This document shows, piece by piece, positions 1 through 14,400 of a stretch of DNA of 64,000 nucleotides. Made by a program: the position numbers and the translations under genes. The DNA is from Sphyrna mokarran (Eukaryota), in NCBI GenBank assembly GCA_024679065.1, contig JAGIQG010000009.1, forward strand, positions 58,218,001 to 58,282,000. The letters are read 5' to 3'. The stretch's first letter is position 1. Every line of letters begins with the position of its first letter. Under the pieces are notes generated by a model, which made no database searches, was not told the origin of the DNA, and was given only the letters and a program-made list of their open reading frames with translations.

Positions 1-2720
1 AGTGTGCGGTGAAATATTCAAAAGTCACGTACATAAATTAAAATTATTCTTTGTCTTCAGCTCTGTGGCCTATATCTCCAAGTCTCAATGGTCTTGTGCA
101 TATGCCAGCCAAGAAAGGGTCGCACATGGAGGTTTTTTTGATGTTGATAATCCGAACCGCACATACACTAGCTGAGGAAGGCCCACATGTGCAGTTTAGA
201 TTTTCTGTGTTGTCATGCACATGTGCATGATCAATATAAAAAATCTCAACTGCATAGCCTGTTCCCAACCGGCGCAAGTGCAAGAGGGACCTAAGGTTCC
301 TCAAAACTTGGAGATGCCAACCACCAAACTGAAAGACACATGCACCTGCGCAAAAAATGAAAACTCAAAATGGGTACAAAAATCCTGGAGGAAGAATGGG
401 AGACAGGGAGAGGTTAAAATAACAGGAGTGAGGACTAGTAGAGGGAAAAACAAAGTTCGCTGTAAGCAAAGAGGACGGAGAAATGAAACAGGAACCAAAA
501 AAAAACTAAAAAAAGAGAAACATGCTGCAATTGGAGAGAGGGCTGTGTGGAGCAGACCATAAGTGAAATGGGCTCAGGGAAAGCCATAGTAGATAAAGAG
601 ATGTCAAAAGAAGCCCTAAAGATCGAAGAAGGCAACCATGGTTAGTAACTTTGTATTGTAAGATTTTGGGGCAAAGAAACAACTTTGCAGCAGTAGTGTG
701 CTGCTTGGTATGACTGAAGAACTGAAATTGTGCCTTTAAATTGATACTAGAGGGCATTTACTATGTGGTTGACCACAGTATGCCATGGATAATTTGTTAA
801 AGTTATGAAACCTCTTCTGATTCAGATGCAGCCATAAGAATAGAACCTGAGGAGAAAAAAGTGAGATTTAGACACACAAAGTACAGCATCAACTACTTGC
901 TCTTTGGGTTTTCATGGACCGGTGATGCTCTTGCCTTGCGCAGAATGCCTAATTTGCAGCGAGAAGCTCTCAAACATTACAATGCTACCAAATAAATTGA
1001 AATGCCATTTCAATATGAAATAACATTTACTCTACAGCAAGAATTGACTTCAGGCACCTGAAAGGACAAAACAAAGCAAAATCAAAGCAAGAGACAGTAA
1101 ATACAGGTTTCAGATTGTGAAAAGTAGGCAAGTTATTTGATGGCTGAGTGCATAGAAAAATCAAAGAGCCACACATCATTGTCTAAACCTTAATTCTGCT
1201 GGCATGCAAAAGTATTGAGAGAGTAATATTGGAAGCTGTTGCTGTCAAAAAAATTGACAAAGTTCCTCTTTCTGGTAAGACAATCAAAGGGCGTATTGAC
1301 AAAGTATCAGTTGATATTGAATAGGTGCTTCAGGAGAAGTTAGAAATGAGTGGAAAATTTCACTCTGCAGATCAATGACATCACAGATTTTTGTGCTCTT
1401 AGCCAATGTGAGATATGTTGATGGGGGTTCTAACAAAGAGGATTCTTCTTTTGCAAAGAATTGCCTAGTCATGCAACCAGAGGGGAAATTTTGCATGCAA
1501 CAACTGCTTATGTGGAGAAAATCAATCTTATCTGGATCTGCGCTGATGGAGCAGCTCCCTTTGTGGGAAAGGTCAAAAGATTAGTGAAAGAACAGCATCC
1601 TGAAATCCAAGTCAGCTATTGCATCCCGCACCATGAAATCCTCAGTGCCAAAAAGAATACTATCTGAGTTAACTACAGTATTAGATCAATCAGTAAAAAT
1701 CATGAATTATGTGAATCACATTCTTTGAAATCACACTTGTTTACTATTTTGTGTGAAGAGATGGGAGCCAAGTTTCAGGGTTTACTCATGCATACAGAAG
1801 TGTAATGGCTGTCTTAGGGAAAGATCCTCTTTCATGTTTGATTCCTTAACATGCTGAAAAAGTTCTTGGCTCAGCATGAATTGCCACACAAAGCTTTAAT
1901 GTGTGATGATTCTTGGTGTTCTAAACTTGCACAAATTTTATATCAGACATCTGAATGAGCAGAATGTTAAAATGCAAGGGAAAATGAGAACATTGTGACT
2001 GCTACAGATAAACGTCAAGACTTCAGATCAAAACTGGTCCTTTGGCAGGAAAAATTGGCAAGTGGGTTGATTTGAGATATTCAAGCTGGCATCAGCAAAT
2101 CCTGTTGCAAAACCAACTCAACATCATATCCACACATCTTAAAACACTACAAAAGAAGTTATGCTACTTTCCCTCCACCAGTATGAAAGATTTTGACTGG
2201 GTATGTGATCCATTTAGTTCACTTTGTTTTGAATCATCAAAAATATCGTTATTGAAAGAACAAGAGGAATTCACAGAGCTCAGGATGGATCATACTTCAA
2301 AACTAAAGTTTCTGGACACATTTTGGATACTTGCAGCATGAAAATATCCATCAATTTCACTACAGGAATATTCTTACCCTTTCTCACAACCTGTTTGTTT
2401 GAATTGGCATTCTCAATATTCTCTTATGTTAAAAAAAAACATAAAAAGAGAGCACCTGTCAGTAGAGCAAGCCATGTGAGCTGCCCTGTTATCAGTTTCA
2501 CCCCTGATCAAGAGAGATTGCTGACAGAAGCAGGCCAGGTGTCATATTAACATTGCCAGTAAGTTGCTGCTCACAGTATTTTCTTCATTTATGAACTTTC
2601 ATATTGACAATATGAATATGACTTTAAAAAACTGAAAACAATTATAGGAAAATAAAAAGGTGTGCTTCAATTTTTATCAGAATATAACAGTGTGCACATA
2701 TAAAACGTTGGGAACCAATG
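1..2720 (+). mobile_element. hAT DNA transposon, Buster/Charlie type, decayed; left end lies outside the window
   Basis: Right TIR ...aaaacgttgggaaccaatg (reverse complement CATTGGTTCCCAAC, Charlie-like) ends at 2720. It is followed by ccttagac, which fits the nnnTAnnn Buster target. Internal transposase remnants are present. Confidence 0.85.
870..2550 (+). pseudogene. Buster/ZBED5/SCAND3-like hAT transposase pseudogene
   Basis: Fragmented frames: KYS.NYLLFGFSWTG..CLICSEKLSN..MLPNKLKCHF (BED finger), ICADGA, SYCIPHHEIL (CxxH), DWVCDPF, LPFLTTCLFELAFS. Many stops and frameshifts. Confidence 0.85.
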
Positions 2721-3311
2721 CCTTAGACACTGACTCATCCTTTTCACTGGTTATTTTCTGACACTGAATCAAACCATTCACAATTTTGGCATCCTATCTG
2801 ACCTTGTGTTGAATTTCCAACCCTAAATATCCTCTCCATCACTAAACTGCCTACTGCAAATTCTACAGACCATTACCATCCCTTCCACAGCTCACCTGCT
2901 GAAATCCTCATTCATGCTTTTTGCGATCTCTTGACTTGACTATTCTAATGTCACAATTTAAAATTCTCAGCCTAAATTTCAGTTTTTTTCCATTACTAAC
3001 TTGTAAGCAGCCCTACAATCCTTCAAGAGACCTGTATTCCTGAACTCCTCAGGTTCTAACCTCTTGTGCATCTCCAATTTTCATTGTTCCAGCATTGGTG
3101 TCCCTGCCTGTCTAGACAGTTCTGGAAGTCCCTCTTTAAACCTCTCTCGCTTCTCTCCTTTATTAAGATGCTCCTTAAAACCTATATTTTTAATAAGATT
3201 TTGATCACCTGTCTTACTATCACTTTATCTAAATATTTTCACAATATTCCTGTGAAGTGCCTTGAGATGTTTTACTATTTTAAATGTGCTGATAAATGCA
3301 ACTTGTTATTG
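2721..3311 (+). mobile_element. L2 LINE 3' fragment, degenerate
   Basis: L2-type RT C-terminal remnant and 3' end cctgtgaagtgccttgagatgttttac...aaatgcaacttgttattg. Confidence 0.65.
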
Positions 3312-4375
3312 AATTTTATCCAGCAACCTCTTCTGAATTCTCAGGTGAAGACATGATCAGGGCTTGATATAACTATTGAACACTTACAATTACTATCTGG
3401 GGTCACACATGAAGAATAACGACTCAAATGAGATACCTGTGGGTTGTCATCAACCCATGAAATTTTAACATCAAAAGGTCAGGATCCCTGAAGCAGAAAT
3501 GGAAATGTGTACATAAATATGAGACCACACAAAGAACGTGTTTATGAATAGTGCATTTTGTAAGAATTAAGTACACTCTTATATTTGATAAAAATGCTTG
3601 CATAAGGGATAAAGGGAACAACATATGCAGAAACACATTCAACATGGACCACATAAACACCCAGTATGCACTAACAGTTGTGACCACAATCATTTGTTGC
3701 ATATTACCGATAGCTAGATAATGCAATCTTTGAATAGTCACTTGTAATTTAAGATTATCAACCCACATGCCTGCACTGATGCATATTTTTATGCCATAAT
3801 TTAATCTTTTCCATGCTATTGGACTTTACTCATGTGTAAAGAATTAATTTAAAAGTAGTCCCATTTGCAAGACCACTAGTAGATAATTACTGATGGATTA
3901 GCTGAAAATTCCTTCAATGTTTCAACAAGCATCGTTTGAATCTTGAATGACAAAACCATATTTTAATGATATACAAGGAAATACCATCAGTAATTAAACT
4001 GAAGTAGAAAAGTGAGCATAAAGACTCAGCCTTTCTTTCTCTCTCTTGCAAACATCAATAAGGCCTGTCCAATAATACCTTCTTTATTATCTGAGAAACC
4101 ACTTCTGACTATTGATTTCCTGCTGGATAATGGGTAACTTCACTTCCCTTTGTGGTTTATGAAAGTTTATTTTAATACTTATTCATCTAACATAAACTAT
4201 TAACTAATCCTGATTTCTTAACAGGAGGAATGGGAGCTGAAAGCCATTTTCCCTTTGTGGTTTTAGTTTACCTTGGGGGAATTTCACATTAGATGCCTTG
4301 AACTGTGACCAGGAAGTTAATACAATTAAACAATTGGAAGGTGAAGTAAAACACCCAATAAAATTTTAAGACACT

Positions 4376-7300
4376 GGGGGGGATTCTTTGACTTCACTGC
4401 ACTGTTAGTACATTATACCGATTCTGAAGTATAGCATGCAAGCCTAAAAATCCATTTTACACCCAGTGCAAAGCAGTTTGCAATTCTCCCAGCTCCTTTC
4501 TAATGGCGCAAACCGTTTTGCACTCAAAGGAAGGGCACTAATCTGATTAGCATAAGATTGACTGCATTTCAATCTCATTAGCGAAATTGGGATGCGACCC
4601 CACCCCCCCCCACAAGGAATGCAACCACCTCTCTAGCGTGATATCACACCAGCGCAAAACACTGCTGTTCCTTTAAAGTGTGAGGGAGAGCAAAGAGGTA
4701 AGTACCATTGTGCACCAAATTTCAGGGTGCAAAAAGGTGATTCAGCCACTGCCATAATGGGCAAAATGAGGCATGGGGCCCTCTTGGGTGCAGGAGCTCA
4801 GGGGGCTCAGCCTGGGCCAGGGGCTGTTAGCTCAGGGGTTATTATTGGTTTGAGGTTATTGTGTGGTGAACATTCTCCTTGCCTGCTGAAAATCCCTCTC
4901 CCAGGGGTTGCATATGAGGCGGAGTTCAAATCCCATCAATGTTGCACCTTCCATCCTGCCACCTCTTGGCTGGGAAAGCTCAGTGGTTTAGTGCGGACAT
5001 TCCATCCCAGACCCCACTAACAATCACAAGCACTTGGCAGCTGTTGCCCCAATTAAGGAAGGTCAGCAGGTGGTAACACAATTCACCACATTGTAGGAAC
5101 TCTCAGTGTTCCCTATAATAGTCACCCATTGCGTGGAAATTACGAGAGCGCCTCCCTAATATTGGTCGGACCTGGATATCATGTCTGGAAGCCACTTTGC
5201 ACCAAACATCCAATGAAATTCTTCATTGAGAACTTTCCCACAGTCACATTTATGCTTGATATGAGTTCCAGAGTGCTGAACCCAGTCTGACTTGTGCTGT
5301 GCCACTGGCCTGTGGTATTGGTCCTAATCTGGTTGGAGGTGGCCATCCAGTGGGACAGATCCACAGCGTACATCATCAGTCACACAACTCTACTCAGGTG
5401 CAAAAGGCAGCATGTGAAGGGAGGATACAACCACGTGGGATGTCATTGGCGACCATGAGAGGGCAGTCTCTGGACCACACCAGTACAACAGAGGGATTGG
5501 TCTGAGGACAAGGCGGAAAACAATGGAGAAGATAACCCTAACTATACTGGACGTTCATGTCCTTCGTGAGCTACTGGACACCATATCTGCTTAAGGCTCG
5601 TCTCAGTGAGGACACATACGACATCTGTGCCATGTCCAAGTGGACTTGGCGTCTTGTGAGTGGGGAAGATAACCAATCCTGGTGTCAGTTAAGGTGACAG
5701 CTGCCTTTAATTTCTACACCATGGATCATCCAGGGTTTGAATAGGGACCAATGTGACATTTCGCAGTAATTGTTCCACATGTACATCTGAGAGGTGAAGG
5801 ATGCCCTGTACACTGGGCTGGACACTACATCCATTTTGACCTCAACAAGAAGCCCAGGCTGAAGGCTTTGCTACCATTCTCAGGAGGCTATAGACAGCAC
5901 ACCATGTCATCTTAGGGGCACAGTGGAATCGGGGAGTGCCCTTTATCATTAGGAAGGGGTTCCACTCAGATTGTTTGCACCCATCTCACCAACATCCTGG
6001 AGGTGTGCACATGCTTCCCAGGGAGAATGCACAACAGCTATATCCTGCAACACTTAAGACATCTCCATCTAACGAGCCCCCTGGGCTTCTGGGATGACTT
6101 GTGGGGGACAAGGGCTAACAATGAGGTCAGAGCTAATGATGCCAGTGCAGAGACCTGAGACCGAGGTGAAAATCCGCTACAATGAGGCCCACTGTGCCAC
6201 CCAGTCCATCATCAAGCAGTGCATCAGGCTCTTTAAGTTGCAATTCCACTGCTTGGATCCCTCTGACAGAGTCCTGTACTATTGCCCCTAGACGGTCATC
6301 ACACTGTTTCAGGGTGCAGGACAGGGGTCTCAGGAGATCTGTGGGGACAGTCTGCACCCAATAGGTGGCAGGAATCTGAAGGGGCCATTAAACATTTGAC
6401 CATTCTTATACACTTGGCTGGGCACTGTGAGAACCAGGGCATCCAGGTATATGGCACAGGTGGTGGAAGATGGGATTCAGGCAATTTCAGTGGGAATTAT
6501 TGTCAGTGCAGACTAGGGGGCTGAGGGGCTTCTTCCATGCTGGACTGTGCTCTATGCATCTACGGGTGTGAAACTCCCTGGGGAGGACAGGTCACAGACA
6601 GAGAAGTCACAGCTGTGGAGTGCAATAATCTTCAATTGTTATTATTTACAGTGCATTCTGTCTCTAACTACCTGTGCCCTTTTGATGATCCTACAACATC
6701 TTCATCTTGTAGGGCCTGCTACTATGTTAAGTGATTCCCCAGGATGCACATCAGAGATGGAGGCGGTCAGCTGTGTTCCGCACAGCATGGCCTTTGATGC
6801 ATTTGGTGGGTATTCCCTGGAAGACTGGGAAATGTAGGCCTCCAGTCTTTGCATCCAGTTCAGCCCGCTGCCTGAGAGTTTCACTGGTGGGAATCAGAAG
6901 AGCTAGGGATGACCAGGATTTCCTGGGTGAAAGGCCCAGGCATGGGTTCCAGCACTTCCTCGTCCTTTGGGTGCTTGTGGGCCCATGGAATATTCCATGG
7001 AATGGCAGGGAGCTGAAGTTCAGAAATCTCTGTGTTACTTGGCACTGCCAGTACTGGATGCCCAACATTGTCTGTTCTATGGTGTGTGAGCCCTCAGCAA
7101 TGGCATGTGAGTCTGAGCCAAGCTCTGGAGCCTCTCAGCAAGTGCCCTCTGAGTCTGGGCCTAGCTCTTGAGGCCTACAGCCATGGCCCTCAGCCTTGCC
7201 TTTAACCCTGCCATCCAAGGTTACTGCTTCTGCCGCAGCTGCCACCCTTGCCGTATGCAGTATCTGGGTACCATGAAAAGCAGGCACTACTTCCTTCACC

Positions 7301-8231
7301 TGAAGCTTGTTTGACTCCTCCAAAGAACCTTGCACTTGCTGGAATGTCTCCAACACCACTCCTGCAATCCCCGGCTCTGCTTCAGCATCCCCAAAAGTCT
7401 GTGAGAACCTATTTCAGCAGCCAGGCATCTAACTGGGGCCAGATGTTTCTCTGGATCCAGCAGGCCTCCGCCTGCCCTATTTCTCAGACATTATCGCCTC
7501 CATCTATGTGTATCAGCAGCTGTGTGGCTCTCATCAGAAAGTGACCAAAAAACTTCTCTGGTAATTGCACCCACTGAGATGTCTCTCTGTGTGGGTGATG
7601 CCTCTGACCCTTAGTTGATGGCTTCCTTCATGTTTTTCTCTGAGATGTTGTTGTGGGTTATGCAGGGGTGGCTGACTCCTGAGGATCCAGCTTCATCTCG
7701 TATTGCTCCTGCAAGAGAAGACACATAGGTAAATGCTGGGGGAATCTGATCGAGTCGACACTTAATTAAGAAAGGTCTAAATGGCTGAAGGGTTTGTGGA
7801 TATCACAGTCGCTCACAGCCCTGACAAGTGACTCCTCTCTGAGATTCATTGCTCATTCCTCAAAGTGGGTCAGGAGACACAGCTCGTGAGTTCCACCACC
7901 CATCTTCTTCCGCTTTCTGTAGTTATGTGCCATAAGTCGCTGAGTTTCTGCTCCTGGGTCATCTTCCCTCCTGTGGGTAAAGGATGGCCTACTGTAAATG
8001 GTGACTGAGTGCAGCGGGAAAGTTTAAAATCAACTCCCGTTTCTTAATAGTGCACAGCTGTAGCCACTTCAGGTGGGTCACACGCCTGGAGACTCAGTAA
8101 CGATGATATTCACGTGATGGCTCTTTCAGTGCACTAAATGTAGGAGGATTGCAAGGTAGCATGCCGAAAAGACTGGCACTCCTGTTTTCTCAGTGTTATG
8201 ACATTTAGAAATACTTGGAGAGAATTCCGCC
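4376..8231 (+). mobile_element. PIF/Harbinger DNA transposon, near full length, decayed; transposase on +, probable accessory (Myb/SANT-type) gene remnant on -
   Basis: Ends gggggggattct... and ...gagaattccgcc are imperfect TIRs. Transposase motifs VKVTAAFNFY, AIDST, RKGFHS and LMMPVQRPETEVKIRYNEAH..IIKQCIRLFKLQFHCLD lie at about 5500-6300. Confidence 0.8.
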
Positions 8232-9077
8232 GAAGGCTTTGTTTTGAAGATTCTCTGTTTTTCTAAGTTGCTGATTCTAGCTGGATTTTACTTACAGCCA
8301 CTAGTAGCCTATTTGGTAATTTGTCCAGTTGATGACCATTCTTGAAGTATGAGCCTAGATAAGTATCAAGACATATTTGACTTTCAGCAAGTCCAATCCT
8401 GCATCTTCAAATCTGAGGCTACTTCTTCATGATCAATATCAGGCACCTGAAAGACATCCCTTTCCCATCCCTGAAAACACCAAAACCATTTTTAGTAACT
8501 TCATTTCTGTGTCTGTTTCATTGGCTTGTTACTATGTGTGGCCAAAATTTCCTCAGCTCTTCTACACCTCCCAGTTTTCTTTCTCCTCTCCTGCAAATAT
8601 TGTTTCATGCTGTGGTACAATTTCACAGGCAACAGTTACTTGAACATAGCTTATTGAATCACTGTTGATATGTGATGATATAGTGTCAGCAGACTACTTG
8701 ATTGACAGCAGCTTCACCACAAGGCCATTCCATCATAATAGAAAATCCAGCATGCATTTATCATGAATGGAATCTCTTGTTTTAACTCTTCCCTCATGAA
8801 ATAGCTGAGACTATTTGCATCATTACCATAGCCAAACTGGCTAGAATCAATTTGAAACTCTCTTGCTTTTATGAGATAACACCGTACCAATCAAATTTCT
8901 GCCATCTATAAGAATTCATTAAAAATGTTTGTCATACATGATAATTCTGATCTAGTTTACTAAAGTGACATTTACTTCTTATAGCACTAAAATTTTAAAC
9001 TTAACCATTAGTACTTGCATCTAATGTTCCGAGCTTTAGATTTTTTCTGTGACCTTCCAAAACATATTTCAGTGTAC

Positions 9078-9253
9078 CTGCTTGAAGGGGTTGCATCAGT
9101 TGATTTTGAAAGAGTGGGTAGGACTTGTGGTGCCCTCCGCTGAGCTGGTTGTTGGATGATTGAGATGAGTGAGGATCATGCCTCTGCAGTGCTGGTGCTA
9201 ACATTTTCCTTGGACTGACCAGAGAAGAAAAAGGAAGAACAACTGGTCCGGGC
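9078..9253 (-). CDS. GLIS1: GLIS-family (probably GLIS1) internal coding exon
   Basis: Acceptor cacttatttccttgcag|G, donor AAGCAG|gtacac; 176 nt, phase 2->1, in frame with the 56 kb exon (the only open frame). Translates PGPVVLPFSSLVSPRKMLAPALQRHDPHSSQSSNNQLSGGHHKSYPLFQNQLMQPLQA(G); cf. GLIS1 LGPGLLSPIVSP..SYPPFQ..QG and GLIS3 SPRR..LQR..SGSHLKSY. Confidence 0.83.
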
Positions 9254-9454
9254 CTGCAAGGAAATAAGTGTATTTTAGCAATGTAACTTACAAGAGCATT
9301 CATTCCATATTTCTAAAACCACAAATAATAAGCTCCAGCTTCCTGAGGCTCCACAAGTTTGGAGCTTTTTGGTTGGTGGGTGCAAATCATTTCCAATATT
9401 TGATTTTAGGGGAGCTGAACAAAACTGTACAACAGACATATTGAACTTCATGCA

Positions 9455-12148
9455 CAGTCATTAAAGGATATGATGTAATTGGGATCTCAGAGATCTCAAC
9501 ATCCAGGGGTATTCAATATTTAGGAAAGATAAGCGGAAAGGAAAGAGGTGGTGAAATAGCAATGCTGGTTAAAGAAGAGATTAATGCAATAGTAAGGAAG
9601 GACATTAGCCTGGATGATGTGGAATGTGTACGGGATCTGTGGAACATCAAAATACAAAAAAAATTAGTGGAGGTTGTGTACACACTAAACAGTAGTAGTG
9701 AGATTGGGGATGGCATCAAGCTGGAAGTTAAAGATACATGTGGTAAAGATACAGCAGTTATCATGATTGACTTCAATTTGCATATTGATTGGGCTCAATA
9801 ACCTGGTAGCAATGTGATATAGGACAAATTCTTCAAATATATAAAGAATGGTTCTCTCGACATTATGTCAAAGAACCAACTATAGAGCAAGCCATCCTTG
9901 ACTGGGTACTGTTTAATGATAGAAGAATAATTAGCAACCTTGTGGTACAAGATTCTTTAGGGAAGAGTGACCGTAACAAGATAGAATTCTTCATTAAGAT
10001 GGAGGGTCTGAGAATAGAGTCCTGAATTTGAGAAAAGCTAACTTTGATATACATTGGCTAGGATAAACTGGCAAAGGGTACTTAAGGGGTTCACAGCAGA
10101 TAGGCAATGGATGAACACATGGATGAACTTCAACAACTGTGCATCCTTGTCTGGTGTAAGGGTAAAATGGGAAAGATGGCTCATCCATGGCTAACAACGG
10201 AAATCGGAGATAGTGTTAAAGCCAAAGAGGAAGCATATAAATTGGCCCAACAAAGCAGCAAACCTGAAGACTGGGAGAAATTTGAAATCCAGCAGAGGAG
10301 GACAAAGGGTTTAATTCAGGAGAGGAAATGGAATATGAGAATTGGCTTATAGAAACCATAAAAATTGACTTCAAAAGCTTCCATAGATATGTGAAGAATA
10401 AAAGACTGGTGAAGACAAATGTAGGTCCCTTACGGTTAGAAACAGGATGAATTCATAAAGGGCAACAAAGAAATTGCAGACAAGTTGATCAAATACTTTG
10501 GATCTGTATTCATTAAGGACAACACAAATAACCCTCCACAAATTCTAGGAGACAAAGGATCTAACATGAAGGAAGAATTGAAGGAATCCCTATTAGTCAG
10601 GAAATTGTATTGAGGAAATTGCTGGGATTAAAACCTGATAAGTCCCAAGGGCCTGATGCTCTGCACCCCAAAGTACTCGAGGAAGTGGCCCTAGAAATGG
10701 TGGATATATTAGGGATCATTTTTCAGCATGCTTTAGACTCTGGAAGAGTTTCAGTGGATTGGAGAATTGCTAATGTAACCCCACTTTTTAAAAAAGGCAG
10801 GCAAGAGAAAACGGAGAATATTGGAGTCAATTATTAAGGATGTAATAACTGAGCATTTGTGATGACAGAATAGGTCTGAGTCAGCATGGATTCACTAAAG
10901 GGAAATACTGCCTGACAAATTGTCTGGAATTTTTTGAGGATGTGACAGTAGAGTGGACAAGGGTGAACTAGTGGAAGTTATGTATCTGGACTTTCAAAAG
11001 GCTTTTGATATGTTCCCATACAAGAGATTAGTGGCCAAATTTAAAGCTCATAGTATGGGAATAATGTATTGACATGTATAGAGAACTCATTGGCAGGAGA
11101 GAGTGAGAATAAACAAGTCCTTTTCAGAGTGGCAGGTAGTGACAAGTGGTGTACTACAAGATTCAGTGCTGGGACACCAGCTATTTACAATATACATTAA
11201 TGATTTGGATGAAGGAATTGAATGCAATATCTCCAAATTTGCAGACCACACTAAGCTGGATGGCAAAATGTGCTGTGACGAGGATGCTAAAAGACTGCAG
11301 GGTGACTTGGAAAGGCTGGCTGAGTGGGCAGATACTTGGCAAATGCAATATAATGTGGATAAATGTGAGGTTATCCACTCTGGTGGCAAAAACAGGAAGG
11401 AAGATTATTATCTGAATGGTGGCAGTTTAGGAAAAGGAGAAGTGCACCATGACCTGGATTTCGCTGAAGGTTGATATGCAGGTATGGCAGGTGGTGAGGA
11501 AAGCAAATGGCATGCTGGCCTTCATTGCAAGAGGATTTGAGTATTAGGAGTAAGGATGGTTTGCTGCAGTTAAACCAGGCCTTACTGAGACCACAACTTG
11601 AGTATTGTGTGCAGTTTTGGTCTCCTTGTTTGAGGAAGGACATTCTTGCTATTGAGAGAGTCTAACAAAAGTTCACCAGACTGATTGCTGGAATGGCAGG
11701 ATGACGTATAGAGACTGGATTGACTGGGCTTGTAATCACTGAAATTTAGAAGAATGAGACAGGATTTCATAGAAACATATAAAATCCTGATGGAACTGGA
11801 CAGGCTCTACGTGGGAAGAATGTTCCCGATGTTGGGGAAGTGCAGAACTAGAGGTCACAGTCTAAAATTAAGGGGTGAGCCATTCAGGATTGAGATGAAA
11901 AAGAACTTCTTCATTCAGAGTTGTGAACCTGTGGAATTCTCTATCTTAGAAAATTATTGGGACCAACTTGTTAGATATGTTCATGAAGAAGCTGAACGTG
12001 TCCCCTTTGGCTAAAGGGATCAAGGGGCATGGAAAGAAAGCAGGATGGAATTCTGAAAGTGCATGATCGACCATGATCATATTGAATGGTGGTGCAGGCT
12101 CGAAGGGCCGAAAGACCTACTCCTGCACCTCTTTTCTATGTTTCTATA
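9455..12148 (+). mobile_element. CR1 LINE, older copy with endonuclease and RT remnants
   Basis: Fragments GGEIAMLVKE, KSQGPDALHPKVL, WRIANVTPLFKKG, GVLQDSVLG, SKFADHTKL; 3' tail ttctatgtttctat; many stops. Confidence 0.9.
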
Positions 12149-12999
12149 TTTAAGGCAGTGGTGTCCTTGGCTTGTTTTCACCCCTTTTTAAGGCACACTT
12201 GCACACAGGCACTGGACATAGGATGCACAGCTTCTGTTACTGGGACAGACAAGTGCAGAACAATCTGTCCTTCAAACTTCTGCACTGATGTTTTAATCTT
12301 CAGCAATAACAGAATGTTAGGTGTTTTTAATCTATCTCATCCATTCACATGTTCAACCAGATTTGTAGCAGGTGTCTAGAAACCCAGTCTGAGGGAGGAT
12401 ACAAGTTGCACAGTAATTAAGTTTATTACTATTGACCACAATAGCTCAGAAGTTGCTGGAGTAGGGCATCTGCAGTGTGCTTCACTGATCAGATATTTTT
12501 CCTCACCTCTTAGCATGAAAAATTTCTGCAGTGCAAATTGCTGGAATTTGAGCTGTAATGTTTTTCCAGCATCTTGAATAGGGCACCTGGGATCTTTATG
12601 AACAACAGGGCTACATCCTTACCAATGAAACTGAGAAAACGACAATAAGAAAACATGGTAGATTAAAGTAAAAGGAAATATAGAAAGGGGAAGATTCGAG
12701 AAATAGAGCAAAGAGAGAAAAAGTAAGGAAAACTTGTTTTAAAAGCTTAAAATCTCTAAGCAGTTTCCTACTTGTAGGAATTAAACCATGATATCATTTC
12801 CTCTATGGGCCACTAGGTTGAGTGGTATTTTGAAAACATAATTCTCATTATCTTGGATCCTTATGTTGAGTACTAACGTTCTGCAGCAAGTTTAATTCAC
12901 ATTTATTCTGCAAATGCAGCAATTTCCTGAAGCTCACTGGAGATCAATAATGCTGTCTTGTTTTCTCAATTTATTTCAAGTCTTAACTCTTATGGGGTT

Positions 13000-13415
13000 T
13001 TTTTAACTATGGGACATGGGCATCACTTGCTGGTCACCATTTATTGCCCTTCCTTAGATGCCTTTGAGAAGATAGTGGTTAGCTGCCTCTTGAGATGCTG
13101 CAGTCCATGTGTTCTGGGTTGACCCACAATGCCATTAGGGAGGGAATTCCAGCAACTGCGAAGGAACGGCGATATAGTCCAACCCATGGATCCCTACAAT
13201 GCAGTCTCACTCCGGGACAGAAAGTCCCAGCTGCAGTGGGGAAAAATAGGTCAAGGTGCATTATTAGACACATTTTTAATTGATAATGGGTTGAAAGATT
13301 ATGGGGGGAAGGCAGGAAAATAGGGATAAGGAGTGTATCAACCATGATCAAAGGCAGAGTGGATTTGATGGGCCAAATGGCCTAATTCTGCTCTATATCT
13401 TATGAATTTATGAAT
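13000..13415. mobile_element. Two LINE 3'-end fragments: second-family LINE on - (about 13000-13182) and CR1 on + (about 13255-13415)
   Basis: The first matches 61825-61960 in this window. The second has a CR1 3'UTR gatgggccaaatggcctaattctgctc..cttatg. Confidence 0.6.
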
Positions 13416-13899
13416 ATTCATTGCAGTCATTGACAACTGCTATGACATCCCTGCTGACCAGAAGATCTGCTCTATCACTCTAGCACAGTTGTGGTCTGCT
13501 CTGAGACATTTCGCTTGGCAACATGGTTTTCATTATATGCATGTTGCATATCACAGTTATCAAACTTGTCATCACTCTCAGTAGCTACTCTTTGGTTTGT
13601 CATAGGTTTAGATTCAGCTGGTATAGCAGATTGCGCAGAATGAAGGTACCTTGACTGCTGCAAGGAAAGCAAGCATTCAACTGTATAATTCACTGCCTAT
13701 GGTCGCACACCAGCTGACACTAAAGGACTAAGATCTCTTCCAGTTCTAGTATAGGACAAGTTGGTAGATGGGGTCCACAAGGAGATGCATATGCAGTCAA
13801 TAGCACCCTGCATGATAGGTAAATCCATAATCCTAACAAAGTCATATGCTCACTCTGCCTGCCTGATGTTGAAAAGAGAATGAACTATAATTACTTCCA

Positions 13900-14400
13900 A
13901 TGAATAGACAGCCTCATGACATTCTTTAAGGAACAGTAGATGATAAACTGTGAGACATTGTAAATACTTGCAGGTGGGAAGAGCCAGATGCATAAATGTT
14001 CACTGCTGCCATCACCTTCACAGCTACTGGTAATGCATCCCTTGTGCTGCTCTGAAGTTGTACTTGTGGCTGCAACAGGTGGCAGATTTCAGTAAGGATA
14101 CCCTGTTTAAAGCACGGACAATTCACACATTTTTCCTCATTGAGTTGCAAGTAGGAGAATTTCTCTTTGGAACCATCTGGATGGATATAGCTTCCTGCTG
14201 AATACCCTTCTCTCCCTCTTCCAACAACTTTTCCTACTTTGCCTATCTTTTATTGATCCTCCATTTCTTGTATTCCAAGGGAAAAGTCCTTTTGTGCACC
14301 CATGACTGAGAGTTACTGGTCCATGCAGAAACCTTGAGGTCAGCAAAATGTTCATCAGCAAATGTCATTACACTCCCTGTAGACTGTTGCAACTTAAAAC
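13900..14400 (-). pseudogene. Harbinger (HARBI1-like) transposase N-terminal remnant
   Basis: ORF 13926-14150 QLNEEKCV..FKQGILTEICHLLQPQ..ALPVAVKVMAAVNIYASGS matches the Harbinger N-terminal HTH region. Confidence 0.75.
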
